64,000 nucleotides of DNA from Desulfuromonadales bacterium (GTDB lineage: Bacteria; Desulfobacterota; Desulfuromonadia; Desulfuromonadales; JAGXHI01): assembly GCA_024636295.1 (NCBI GenBank), contig JAGXHI010000042.1, forward strand, positions 7,647-71,646, given 5' to 3'. Position numbers and translations under genes: made by a program. A model generated the notes under the pieces. It searched no databases. It saw only the letters and a program-made list of their open reading frames with translations, and had not been told where the DNA came from. Below, piece after piece: positions 54,030 to 63,564 of this stretch. Each line of letters starts with the position of its first letter. The first letter of the stretch is position 1.

Positions 54030-55475
54030 ATGAATATCCGATTTCTTTTCTACATCAGCGGCGTTCTCCTCGTCTGCCTGGCCGGCACCCTGCTGATCCC
54101 CATTTTATTTTCCTTCTATTTCAAAGACGGAGCCGCCGGGGCATTCGCCCTTTCGGCCATTATTACCGGAGGAACCGGTGCAATTCTTCTATTTACCTGC
54201 AAAACGATAAAGGACGAACTCTCCGTCCGCGAAGGCTTTGCGGTGGTGACCTTCACCTGGAGTTTCTTCTGCCTCTTCGGAGCGCTTCCTTTCGTCTTCA
54301 GCGGCGCCATCCCTTCTCTGCTGGATGCCTGTTTTGAAACAATGAGCGGCTTCACCACCACTGGCGCCACCATTCTCGACGATATCGAAACGATCGCCGA
54401 AAGCGTTCTGTTGTGGCGATCCCTCACCCAGTGGCTCGGCGGGATGGGATTCATCGTTCTTTCCCTGGCCATTCTGCCGATGCTGGGGGTCGGGGGGATG
54501 CAGCTCTTCAGGGCTGAAGTGCCCGGCCCCACGGCCGACCGGCTCAAACCCCGCATCCAGGATACGGCCAAGCTGCTCTGGGGGGTCTACGTCCTGCTGA
54601 CCTTTATGGAGACTCTTCTCCTGATGGCCGGAGGTATGGATTTCTTCCAGGCCCTCAATCATTCCTTCACCACCATGTCCAGCGGCGGCTTTTCCACCTT
54701 GAATGCTTCGGTGGGAGGCTTCGACAGCGCCTTCATCGATGGTGTGATCACTTTTTTCATGTTTCTGGCGGGCGTAAACTTCGCGATGCACTACCAGGCC
54801 CTTCGCGGGCGTCCCAAGGGTTATTTTCAAAACGAGGAATTTCTCTTTTATCTCTTCCTGCTCATCGGGGCGATCTCGGTCATGACCGCCTTCAACTACG
54901 GTTCGGTCTACGGCTCCTTCTGGGAGAGCCTGCGCTACAGCGCTTTTCAGGCCACCTCCATTCTCACCACCACCGGGTACGTCACCGCGGACTATGAAAC
55001 CTGGTCTGTACTGATCCTGTACGTTCTTGTTTTTCTTATGTTTGTTGGCGGCTGCGCCGGCTCTACGGCAGGCGGGATGAAAATCGCCCGGGTACTGCTG
55101 CTCTTCAAACATGCCCAGGTCCAGCTCTATCGCATGATCCATCCCCGGGCGGTCCGCCTGGTCAAACTTGGGGACGCTCCGGTGAACCAGGAGGTCATGC
55201 AGTCCATCCTCGGTTTTTTCGCCTTATACATCGGCGTTTTCGTCATCGCCTCGTTCCTGATGGCCGCCTCGGGAATGGACGTGGTCTCGGCGGGCGCATC
55301 GGTAGTGGCCACCCTGGGAAACGTCGGTCCCGGTATCGGTTCCGTGGGGGCGGTCGACACCTACAGCCATATCGCCCCCTTCGGCAAGGGAGTGCTCATC
55401 CTGTGCATGCTCATGGGCCGCCTCGAGCTTTTTACGGTTCTGGTCCTTTTCTTTCCTTCCACATGGCGCAGGTGA
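54030..55475 (+). CDS. trkH: Trk-type potassium transporter membrane subunit
   Basis: 481 aa, polytopic, with selectivity-loop-like TTTGAT, SSGGFS, TTTGY and GGCAGSTAGGMK motifs. Confidence 0.92.
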   Translation: MNIRFLFYISGVLLVCLAGTLLIPILFSFYFKDGAAGAFALSAIITGGTGAILLFTCKTIKDELSVREGFAVVTFTWSFFCLFGALPFVFSGAIPSLLDACFETMSGFTTTGATILDDIETIAESVLLWRSLTQWLGGMGFIVLSLAILPMLGVGGMQLFRAEVPGPTADRLKPRIQDTAKLLWGVYVLLTFMETLLLMAGGMDFFQALNHSFTTMSSGGFSTLNASVGGFDSAFIDGVITFFMFLAGVNFAMHYQALRGRPKGYFQNEEFLFYLFLLIGAISVMTAFNYGSVYGSFWESLRYSAFQATSILTTTGYVTADYETWSVLILYVLVFLMFVGGCAGSTAGGMKIARVLLLFKHAQVQLYRMIHPRAVRLVKLGDAPVNQEVMQSILGFFALYIGVFVIASFLMAASGMDVVSAGASVVATLGNVGPGIGSVGAVDTYSHIAPFGKGVLILCMLMGRLELFTVLVLFFPSTWRR

Positions 55476-55490
55476 CAAGCAGGTTGAAAG

Positions 55491-56369
55491 ATGAGGGGCT
55501 GCAGAGAAACGAAGATCGTCTGGATCATTCTGGCATCAATTTCAATTCTGTTTTGCGGGAAGGCAGATGCCATGTTCGAAAACCAGTTCATTTTTTTTCC
55601 TGAACGCACATTGTCCAGCACCCCCGGTTCCGTCGGCCTGCCTTATAAAGAGGTCATCTTCGCCGCCTCCGATGAAGTCTCCCTGCACGGCTGGTATGTT
55701 CCCGGAAAAACCGAAAAGCCTCTGGTCCTTTTTTTTCATGGGAATGCGGGAAACATCTCCCACCGTCTGGAGAACCTGCGCCTGTTTCATGATCGACTCG
55801 GAGTTTCCGTTTTCATTTTCGATTACCGCGGCTATGGAAAGAGCGATGGGAAACCGAGTGAGGCCGGAATTTACCAGGACGCCCGAGGCGCGTGGAAGTG
55901 GCTGGAGTCGCGCGGATGGACGACGGAGCGGATGATCTATTTCGGACGTTCTCTTGGCGCCGCGGCGGCCGTCCAGCTCGCCCTGGAGGCCCCCCCTTCG
56001 GGGCTGGCGCTCGAAACACCCTTCCCCTCCATCGGCGCCGTGGGGCGTCACCACTATCCCCTGCTCTATCCGCTCGCGGGCTGGGCGGTCGGCGCCCGTT
56101 TCGACAGCCTCTCAAAAATGGACCGCATCCGCGTCCCGCTTCTTGTCCTTCAGGGAGACAGTGATCGGATCGTCCCCGAGGAAATGGCCCGGCAGCTCTT
56201 CCAGAGAGCGAACGAGCCGAAAACATTTCACCTCATTGAGGGCGCCGGTCACAACGATACGTTCCATGTCGGGGGAGAATCTTATTGGGACGCCTGGAGA
56301 AATTTTCTGGAGACGATTGGTACGGGTCCTCGGGGTGCAAATACAGAAGCTTTGAAGGATGGCGATTGA
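55491..56369 (+). CDS. alpha/beta hydrolase (BEM46/YfhR-like)
   Basis: FFHGNAGN, nucleophile elbow GRSLGA, and C-terminal GAGHND. Confidence 0.85.
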   Translation: MRGCRETKIVWIILASISILFCGKADAMFENQFIFFPERTLSSTPGSVGLPYKEVIFAASDEVSLHGWYVPGKTEKPLVLFFHGNAGNISHRLENLRLFHDRLGVSVFIFDYRGYGKSDGKPSEAGIYQDARGAWKWLESRGWTTERMIYFGRSLGAAAAVQLALEAPPSGLALETPFPSIGAVGRHHYPLLYPLAGWAVGARFDSLSKMDRIRVPLLVLQGDSDRIVPEEMARQLFQRANEPKTFHLIEGAGHNDTFHVGGESYWDAWRNFLETIGTGPRGANTEALKDGD

Positions 56370-56616
56370 ATCAAGCGTCCGGCGCCTCAGGTTGCATTCA
56401 GTGCTCATCGAAGACCGGAAACAGATCTCCCCGTCCGCTGCCGAAAGGAAGAAGTTCACGGCCGCCCCCGCGGGTCCGACAACCATTTCCCTGACCCACG
56501 TCCGTTTCTGGATTTTCCGCCTGTCTTTCCATCAACTCCTGCTCAAAAAACAGGCATTTTTCTGCAGGATCTGCCCCCCTCCAATCCAAAGCTCCTGAAT
56601 ACTGAACGATTTTGCA

Positions 56617-56632
56617 CGGCACGCCCCTTGCT
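56617..56632 (+). promoter_or_regulatory. sigma-54 (-24/-12) promoter of amt
   Basis: CGGCAC-GCCCC-TTGCT with GG-N10-GC spacing, 47 nt upstream of the amt ATG. Confidence 0.65.
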
Positions 56633-56678
56633 CTACATTCTCCGGGACAAGAACATTATCTCTACTGGAGGCTCACAA

Positions 56679-57953
56679 ATGATTTCCTTCTCCGCACGTC
56701 CGTGCGCCATTTTTCTTCTGCCGCTGCTTGTCGTTCCTTTCCCCGCCCTTGCCGAAGAGCTTAATTCGGGGGATACCGCATGGATGCTGGTTTCCTCCGC
56801 ACTCGTTCTGCTCATGCTTCCGGGCCTTGCCCTGTTCTACGGTGGCATGGTCCGGAGCAAGAACGTGCTTTCCACCCTCATGCACACCTTCGCCGCCATG
56901 GCCATCATAGGCGTCCAGTGGATTGTCATCGGCTATTCCCTGGCGTTCGGCGGCTCCGGTTTGTTTGTCGGAGGACTGGACAATGTTTTCCTTTTCGGAA
57001 TCATGCCCGAGACGCTCTCAGGAACCATTCCGACCTACGTTTTTGTCATGTTTCAGGGAATGTTCGCAATCATCACTCCGGCACTGATTTCCGGCGCGGT
57101 GGCCGAAAGGATGAAATTCAGCACCTACTGCGTCTTCATCCTCCTGTGGGCCACTCTGGTTTACGATCCCCTGGCCCACTGGGTCTGGGGCGATGGCGGG
57201 TGGCTGCTCGAGATGGGCGCTCTGGATTTCGCAGGCGGAACGGTCGTGCACCTCTCCTCCGGGATATCGGCGCTGGTGGCGGCTTTTTTTCTCGGTCGAC
57301 GGAGGGGATTCCCTCAGGAGCACATCTTTCCCCACAATCTGCCCATGACTCTCCTTGGGGCTGGTCTGCTGTGGTTCGGCTGGTTCGGCTTCAATGCCGG
57401 AAGCGCTCTCACCGCGGGGGGAAGTGCCGCTCTGGCATTCACCACCACGCAGGCTGCGGCGGCCGCCGGAGCCCTCTCCTGGATGCTTTTTGAATGGTTG
57501 AAGGGCGGAAAACCCAGCGCGCTCGGGGCCGCTTCGGGAATCGTGGCAGGGCTGGTGGTCATCACCCCCGCCGCCGGATTCGTGACTCCGGGATGGGCCC
57601 TTGTGATGGGGTTGATGGCAGGAGGGGTCTGCTACGGAGGAGTCATGATGAAGCACCGACTGGGCTATGACGACTCCCTGGATGCCTTCGGCGTACATGG
57701 GGTGGGGGGAGCATTCGGTGCGGTTGCCACGGGCGTTTTCGCTTCTGTGGGCGCGACGGGGCTGCTCTCCGGGAACTTCCTCCAGTTGGGAATTCAGCTC
57801 CTCGGGGTTGTCGCAGCGGGTCTTTACGCCGCGGTCATGACTTCCCTTCTTCTGGTGATCCTCAAGGCAACCATGGGGCTTCGCGTCCCGGACGAGGATG
57901 AACGAAGAGGACTCGACCAGACCGCCCATTCCGAAACAGGATACAACCTCTAG
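56679..57953 (+). CDS. amt: ammonium transporter
   Basis: Signal-like N-terminus, then GDTAWML, FYGGMVR, DFAGGTVVH and GVHGVGG. The ATG at 56679 follows GGAGG. Confidence 0.94.
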   Translation: MISFSARPCAIFLLPLLVVPFPALAEELNSGDTAWMLVSSALVLLMLPGLALFYGGMVRSKNVLSTLMHTFAAMAIIGVQWIVIGYSLAFGGSGLFVGGLDNVFLFGIMPETLSGTIPTYVFVMFQGMFAIITPALISGAVAERMKFSTYCVFILLWATLVYDPLAHWVWGDGGWLLEMGALDFAGGTVVHLSSGISALVAAFFLGRRRGFPQEHIFPHNLPMTLLGAGLLWFGWFGFNAGSALTAGGSAALAFTTTQAAAAAGALSWMLFEWLKGGKPSALGAASGIVAGLVVITPAAGFVTPGWALVMGLMAGGVCYGGVMMKHRLGYDDSLDAFGVHGVGGAFGAVATGVFASVGATGLLSGNFLQLGIQLLGVVAAGLYAAVMTSLLLVILKATMGLRVPDEDERRGLDQTAHSETGYNL

Positions 57954-58148
57954 TTTTCGTCTGGAAACGGCCCTTTTCCGCAATCTCAGCGTCAATCCGC
58001 GGATTTGATTGTGCGGCGTAAAGTACTACGCCTCCGCTCAAATCCTTGATTTCCTTGACCTTGCGAAAAATTGCTCGTTTCCAGATCGAAAACTGCATTT
58101 GTGCTTCCCATGGTTACCGGATGGTCACTAGCCTAACTGCCTGCGACG

Positions 58149-58186
58149 GGCCGGCTTCCCGCATTGGGACGCCGGCCACTTTTTTT
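58149..58186 (+). terminator. intrinsic terminator about 200 nt downstream of amt
   Basis: GGCCGGCTTCCC-GCATT-GGGACGCCGGCC followed by AC and T7. Confidence 0.75.
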
Positions 58187-58351
58187 GAGTAGCGATACTA
58201 CTCCCACAGAGTAAAGACTCCCCCAGGAAAGTCCTTTTTCGCCCTCTATTTACTGAGTTTAATATTTATTTTAAGGATGGACTCCCTTATTATTCCTATA
58301 AATTCAACATTTTACAAATATATCATGATGAAGATTTTCTTTTTATATTTT

Positions 58352-58369
58352 TGGGGCACAAAATTTGCT
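58352..58369 (+). promoter_or_regulatory. sigma-54 (-24/-12) promoter of the glutamate synthase operon
   Basis: TGGGGCAC-AAAAT-TTGCT with GG-N10-GC spacing. An AT-rich tract lies upstream, and the first gene starts 68 nt downstream. Confidence 0.7.
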
Positions 58370-58436
58370 TAACTGTTGAATTCCATCTTTTTGCAATCCT
58401 GCAGATCAGAAATACAGAGTTTTGGAGGTAACCGGC

Positions 58437-59540
58437 ATGTGTCGTATCGGAGCCATTAAAAGCCGCAACTATATTCACCCGAGCCAGGCCCTTCTCCTCA
58501 TGCAATCCCAGCAGAAAGGGCATGACAACTCCGGATTCGCCATGGTCATGCATGACCTGGGAGGAATCTTCGAGGGATACAAGCATCTGCCGACACTGTC
58601 GATGGCCTGTACCGATGAGGGATTGAAGATCGCCGAGGACATCCTGCATGCCGCGGGCTTTCAGAGGGTGCTTCAATGGGTTCCCGAAACGGAGAACCGC
58701 CCCGGGCTGGACATCATTGCCATGCCGAATTACGTTTTCGAGACGTTCGATTATCCTCGCCCTTACAAAAAGGCTTCAAAGGAAGAAAAAGAGGAACTCC
58801 TGCTCGATATCCGTCTGACCCTGAGGGCTCTGGAGGAGGACGAGAAAGGGTTCGTCTATTCGTTCTGGCCCGACGTGGTTACCCTGAAGGAAATCGGCGA
58901 CCCCCGGGACATAGGCACCTATTTCAAATTGTGGGAGCCGGACGACAACTTCACCGCCAGGGTGATCACCGCGCAGTGCCGGCAGAATACCAACTACGAT
59001 ATCGTCCGTTATGCCGCCCATCCCTTCTTTCTCCAGGGATATACGGCACTGGCAAACGGCGAGAATACCTTTTATCTGAAAAACGTGGAGATGCAGCGCG
59101 AGCTTCATCGCGGCTATATCGGCTTCGAATCCGATTCCCAGTGTTTCCTCTACTCGCTTCACTATGTACACCGGGAACTGAAGTGGCCGCTGATCTATTA
59201 CAAACATGTCATTACACCCCTGTCCTTCGAGGACATCGAGATGCGGGATGATCGCGAACAGCTTCTGGCCATTCGCCAGTCTCTTGCCCATCTTGAGATC
59301 AATGGCCCGAATACGATCATCGGGGTGCTTCCAGACAATTCCCTCTTCACCTGCTGTGACGCCAAAAAACTGCGACCGGTGGTGGTGGGACGCACGGAGG
59401 ACACGGTGGTGGTTTCTTCGGAAGTCTGCGGAATCAACGAAATTCTTCCCGGACGGAACTGGGAGACCGACATCTATCCCGATGAGCGTGAAATCGTGTT
59501 TATCGGCGACAACCTGGAGGTCCAGCGATGGAAGCAATGA
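58437..59540 (+). CDS. glutamate synthase, class-II glutamine amidotransferase subunit (archaeal-type split GltB domain 1)
   Basis: The start MCRIGAIK has Cys directly after the initiator Met, as expected for an Ntn nucleophile. GGAGG lies upstream. It is followed by the FMN and GXGXG subunits. Confidence 0.8.
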   Translation: MCRIGAIKSRNYIHPSQALLLMQSQQKGHDNSGFAMVMHDLGGIFEGYKHLPTLSMACTDEGLKIAEDILHAAGFQRVLQWVPETENRPGLDIIAMPNYVFETFDYPRPYKKASKEEKEELLLDIRLTLRALEEDEKGFVYSFWPDVVTLKEIGDPRDIGTYFKLWEPDDNFTARVITAQCRQNTNYDIVRYAAHPFFLQGYTALANGENTFYLKNVEMQRELHRGYIGFESDSQCFLYSLHYVHRELKWPLIYYKHVITPLSFEDIEMRDDREQLLAIRQSLAHLEINGPNTIIGVLPDNSLFTCCDAKKLRPVVVGRTEDTVVVSSEVCGINEILPGRNWETDIYPDEREIVFIGDNLEVQRWKQ

Positions 59541-61171
59541 GAGTCAACGACGTTACCCCCAATGACCTCCCCTGGAAGATCCGGTACGATGCCTCTCGCT
59601 GCACCTTGTGCGGCTCCTGCGTGGCGGCTTGCTCCTTCCGGGCGATCGAACCGAAAGTCGAGCGAAGACGCCTCGTGTGGTCCGAGAGCGACTATCCCGA
59701 ACCAAAGCAGCGCTTCTCCGCCGTACCGGTTATCCGGCAGGCGCGCTCCATCCAGAATTACTGCCGGGGGTGCGGCATCTGCGAGAAAATCTGTCCCAAC
59801 GATGCCATAAAACCGGAGCGCAATCCCGATACCCGGCACCCCATCATCACCCGCTGCCTGGGAGGGGATTCCATCAAACGCGGCGGAAGGAAAAACCTGG
59901 AGTCCAACACCCGGACCCTTGACAAAATCCGGGTAGGGCGAATTTCCCAGATGACCGACCCCAGCCTGGATGCCCAGAGACATACCTTTGACATGCTTGC
60001 CCCCTTCGGCCGTATTCTGTCCCCAAAGCAGCTTCCCTTCCAGGTGGACGAGAATGGAAAACTGAAAACCGTGGGCCAGTCGCCTCCGGTGCGCTGGATC
60101 TATCCCGTCATCATCGGCGATATGTCCATCGGGGCCCTTTCCTGGCGCATGTGGGAAGCGGTAGCCATGGCTACGGCCTACCTGAACGAGGAATGCGGTC
60201 TTCCCGTGCGCATGTGCTCCGGGGAAGGCGGCATGCCCCTGCGGCTTCTCAAGAGCCGATATCTGAAGTATTCGATCCTGCAGATCGCTTCCGGGCATTT
60301 CGGCTGGAACCGCATCGTCAAGGCCATGCCGCACATGGTGGAGGATCCAGCGGGGGTCCTTATCAAGATCGGCCAGGGCGCCAAACCGGGCGACGGCGGC
60401 CTTCTCATGGCGCAGAAGGTGGCCGAGCACATCCAGGCCATCCGGGGAGTTCCCAAAGCGGACCTGCTCTCGCCCCCCAATCACCAGGGGCTCTACTCCA
60501 TCGAGGAGAGCGTCCAGAAGATGTTCCTCTCCTTCAACGCCGCCTTCAAGTTTCGCGTGCCCGTCGCCATCAAGGTGGCCGCGAGCGCTACCAGCGTCTC
60601 GGTGTTCAACAACCTGGTGCGCGATCCCTATAACATCGTCGGCGGCTTTTTTCTCGACGGGATCGACGGCGGCACCGGCGCGGCCCACGAGGTTTCCCTC
60701 GACCATACCGGACACCCCATCGTGAGCAAGCTGCGCGACTGCTACCTGGCCGCGGTAGCCCAGGGACGTCAAGGCCAGATTCCCCTGTGGGCTGCCGGTG
60801 GACTCGGCAAAACCGGCGACCTGGCGGCGGATGCCTTCAAGATGATGTGCCTCGGCGCCAATGGCGTATTCACCGGCAAGCTCATCCTGCAGATGGCGGG
60901 ATGCGTCGGAAACGACATGGGCCGCTGCAACGCCTGCAATACGGGCCTCTGTCCGGTCGGGATCACCACCCAGGAGCCCCAGCTGGCCCATCGGCTCGAC
61001 CCGGAAAAGGCGGCCCAGAACATCGTCAACTATTTCCTGGCCATGGATCAGGAGTTCAAGAAGCTCATGGCCCCCATCGGCAACTCATCGCTTCCCGTCG
61101 GCCGCTCCGACGCCCTGGTGGCCACCGACAAGGCGGCCGCGGAACGATTGCAGATTCAATACGTTTGTTAA
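59528..61171 (+). CDS. glutamate synthase FMN-binding subunit with N-terminal 2x[4Fe-4S] ferredoxin domain
   Basis: CTLCGSCVAAC and CRGCGICEKICP. The GltB domain-2 blocks are IKIGQGAKPGDGG and GIDGGTGAA. Confidence 0.85.
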   Translation: MEAMRVNDVTPNDLPWKIRYDASRCTLCGSCVAACSFRAIEPKVERRRLVWSESDYPEPKQRFSAVPVIRQARSIQNYCRGCGICEKICPNDAIKPERNPDTRHPIITRCLGGDSIKRGGRKNLESNTRTLDKIRVGRISQMTDPSLDAQRHTFDMLAPFGRILSPKQLPFQVDENGKLKTVGQSPPVRWIYPVIIGDMSIGALSWRMWEAVAMATAYLNEECGLPVRMCSGEGGMPLRLLKSRYLKYSILQIASGHFGWNRIVKAMPHMVEDPAGVLIKIGQGAKPGDGGLLMAQKVAEHIQAIRGVPKADLLSPPNHQGLYSIEESVQKMFLSFNAAFKFRVPVAIKVAASATSVSVFNNLVRDPYNIVGGFFLDGIDGGTGAAHEVSLDHTGHPIVSKLRDCYLAAVAQGRQGQIPLWAAGGLGKTGDLAADAFKMMCLGANGVFTGKLILQMAGCVGNDMGRCNACNTGLCPVGITTQEPQLAHRLDPEKAAQNIVNYFLAMDQEFKKLMAPIGNSSLPVGRSDALVATDKAAAERLQIQYVC

Positions 61172-61251
61172 GACAATTTTGAGTTCTTAGTTGCGAGGTT
61201 TAAGTTAACTCAAATCTCATAACTCAAAATTCCAAATTAGAGGTTTTTGCC

Positions 61252-63564
61252 ATGCCTGCCCAAATCATCGGCTTCGACGACAATAAAAGACGAATCTCCA
61301 CCCAGCAACTGCTGCAGAAGATCTATGCCGCTCTGGAGGAGGGGGAGACTGAGTTCGAGGTTCTCTCCTCGGGACACCATGACGTAGGGGGACCGCTCTG
61401 GACCGAAGACGGCTCTCCGCTGAAGTTCCGTGTCAGAAATCCCGGCCAGAGGGTCGGGGCTTTCGGGCTGGACGGCACCGAAATCCTCGTGGAGGGGAGT
61501 GCTCCCGCCGATGCGGGGTGGCTGAACGCAGGCGCCGAGTTGACCATTCTGGGCGACGGCGGGGACACGACCGCCCATTGCGCCGCCAGCGGAAAAATCT
61601 ACGTCGCGGGCCGCGCCGGCGCCCGCTCGGGATCGCTGATGAAACACGATCCGGCCTTCGATGCCCCTGAATTCTGGGTACTGAAAAATACCGGCTCCTT
61701 CTCCTTCGAATTCATGGGGGGAGGCATCGGCGTGATCTGCGGCCTGAATTGCGAGGATCTTCCTTCGGTTCTCGGGGAGCGGACCTGCATGGGCATGGTC
61801 GGTGGGGTGATCTACGTGCGAGGTCCCGTCTCGCGTCTCTCCGATGATGTCTGGCTCCTGGACCTTGATGATGCGGACCGCCGATTCCTTTCGGAGAACA
61901 TGCCTGTTTTCCTTGGTAAAATCAGGCGCCCGGAACTGCTCGACACCCTGACTGAATTCTCCCGATGGAAGAAAATCGTCGCCAAAACCTATGAAGAACG
62001 CAGGGTTCACAGCCGCCCCACCATTCACGAATTCCGCCTGAACAAATGGGTGGAAGGAGGCATTTTCGGCGATGTGGTCCACGACGACTACGACTACGTG
62101 GCGGGGCTGGTGAACACCGGGGAGGACCGTCTGAAAATCCCCCACTGGCAGGACAAGCGATATGCAGCGCCCTGCGAATCCTCCTGCCCGAGCGCCATCC
62201 CCACCCAGGACCGGCTCAACCTCCTGCGCCAGGGGAAAGTCAAAGAGGCGCTGGAGCTGGTCCTTCAGTACTCCCCCTTCCCCGGCTCGGTCTGCGGCGA
62301 AGTGTGCCCCAACCTGTGCATGGACGCCTGCACCCGGCAGTTCCTCGATCACCCTGTGGCCATGAAGGAGCTGGGGCGGTTGTCCCTGGAAGCCGCATCG
62401 CCCGCCCCCAAAGCCGCCTCGGGTAAAAAGGTGGCGGTGATCGGCGGCGGACCCGGCGGACTATCGGCCGCCTGGCAGCTGCGGCTGCGGGGACATGCGG
62501 TGAGCGTTTACGAATCGGATGAGGAAGTCGGAGGCAAGCTGCGCCAGGTCATCCCTTCCGAGCGGCTGCCCGCCGAAGTCCTCCAGACGGAAATCGGGCG
62601 TTTCAGAGCCATGGGTGTGAATTTTCGCACCGGGACAAAAGTGGACGCTCCTCTATTCGAGCAAATTCGGGCAGAGAGCGATGCCGTGGTTCTCGCAACC
62701 GGAGCGCACAATCCAGTGGTGATTCCCTTTCCGGGCCATGAGCGACTGGTGAAGGGTCTGGATTTTCTCAAGGAAATCAATGCGGGAGGCCGTCCCGCCG
62801 TCGGTGAGAAGGTCGTGGTGCTCGGCGCGGGAAACGCGGGAATGGACGTGTGCCTCGGCGCCTATGCCATGGGGGCCAAAAAGGTGACTTCCATCGACAT
62901 CCAGCGTCCCGCCGCCTATAAAAAGGAAATCGACCACGTGAAGGCGCTGGGAGGAGAAATCCTCTGGCCTGTTTTTACGGATAAGGTCGACGAAAAGGGA
63001 GTGCATACCAAGGATGGACGGCTGATCGAGGCGGACACGGTGATCATCGCCATCGGCGAACGTCCGGATCTCTCCTACGTCCCTCGGGAATGGTTGACCG
63101 ACAGAGGAATGGTCGATGTCGACGGCTGTTTTCAGGTTGCCCGGGCGGCGGGGGTCTTCGCCATCGGTGATTCGATCCAGCCGGGGCTCCTCACCCACGC
63201 CATCGGCGCAGGACGCGAGGCGGCGGAACAGATCGATGTCTTCCTCTCCGGCGGCGAAATGTCACCTAAATTGAAGCCGGAGATGATCCTCCAGAAGTGC
63301 CTCGGCAAAGAGCTCTTCCGCCCCCGCAACCGGGGTCGCTTCTGTGTGGGCGACGCAAAAGACGAATCGAGCCGCTGCCTCTCCTGCGGCACCTGCCGGG
63401 ACTGCTCCATGTGCCTCGAGGCCTGCCCCGAAGGCGCCATCCGGCGGCTGGAGCTGGAGAACGGAAAGTACGAATATGTCTCCGACGACCACCTCTGCAT
63501 CGGCTGCGGCATCTGCGCGGGAATTTGTCCCTGCGGGGTCTGGGGGATGGAGCAGGTGGTGTAG
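61252..63564 (+). CDS. fusion of the GltB GXGXG domain, a GltD-like FAD/NAD(P)H oxidoreductase and a C-terminal ferredoxin
   Basis: N-terminal GXGXG-type beta-helix (VEGSAPADAGWLNAGAELTILGDGGD, VAGRAGARSG). Then VAVIGGGPGGLSAA and VVVLGAGNAGMD dinucleotide folds. Then CGTCRDCSMC and CIGCGICAGICP. Confidence 0.85.
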   Translation: MPAQIIGFDDNKRRISTQQLLQKIYAALEEGETEFEVLSSGHHDVGGPLWTEDGSPLKFRVRNPGQRVGAFGLDGTEILVEGSAPADAGWLNAGAELTILGDGGDTTAHCAASGKIYVAGRAGARSGSLMKHDPAFDAPEFWVLKNTGSFSFEFMGGGIGVICGLNCEDLPSVLGERTCMGMVGGVIYVRGPVSRLSDDVWLLDLDDADRRFLSENMPVFLGKIRRPELLDTLTEFSRWKKIVAKTYEERRVHSRPTIHEFRLNKWVEGGIFGDVVHDDYDYVAGLVNTGEDRLKIPHWQDKRYAAPCESSCPSAIPTQDRLNLLRQGKVKEALELVLQYSPFPGSVCGEVCPNLCMDACTRQFLDHPVAMKELGRLSLEAASPAPKAASGKKVAVIGGGPGGLSAAWQLRLRGHAVSVYESDEEVGGKLRQVIPSERLPAEVLQTEIGRFRAMGVNFRTGTKVDAPLFEQIRAESDAVVLATGAHNPVVIPFPGHERLVKGLDFLKEINAGGRPAVGEKVVVLGAGNAGMDVCLGAYAMGAKKVTSIDIQRPAAYKKEIDHVKALGGEILWPVFTDKVDEKGVHTKDGRLIEADTVIIAIGERPDLSYVPREWLTDRGMVDVDGCFQVARAAGVFAIGDSIQPGLLTHAIGAGREAAEQIDVFLSGGEMSPKLKPEMILQKCLGKELFRPRNRGRFCVGDAKDESSRCLSCGTCRDCSMCLEACPEGAIRRLELENGKYEYVSDDHLCIGCGICAGICPCGVWGMEQVV

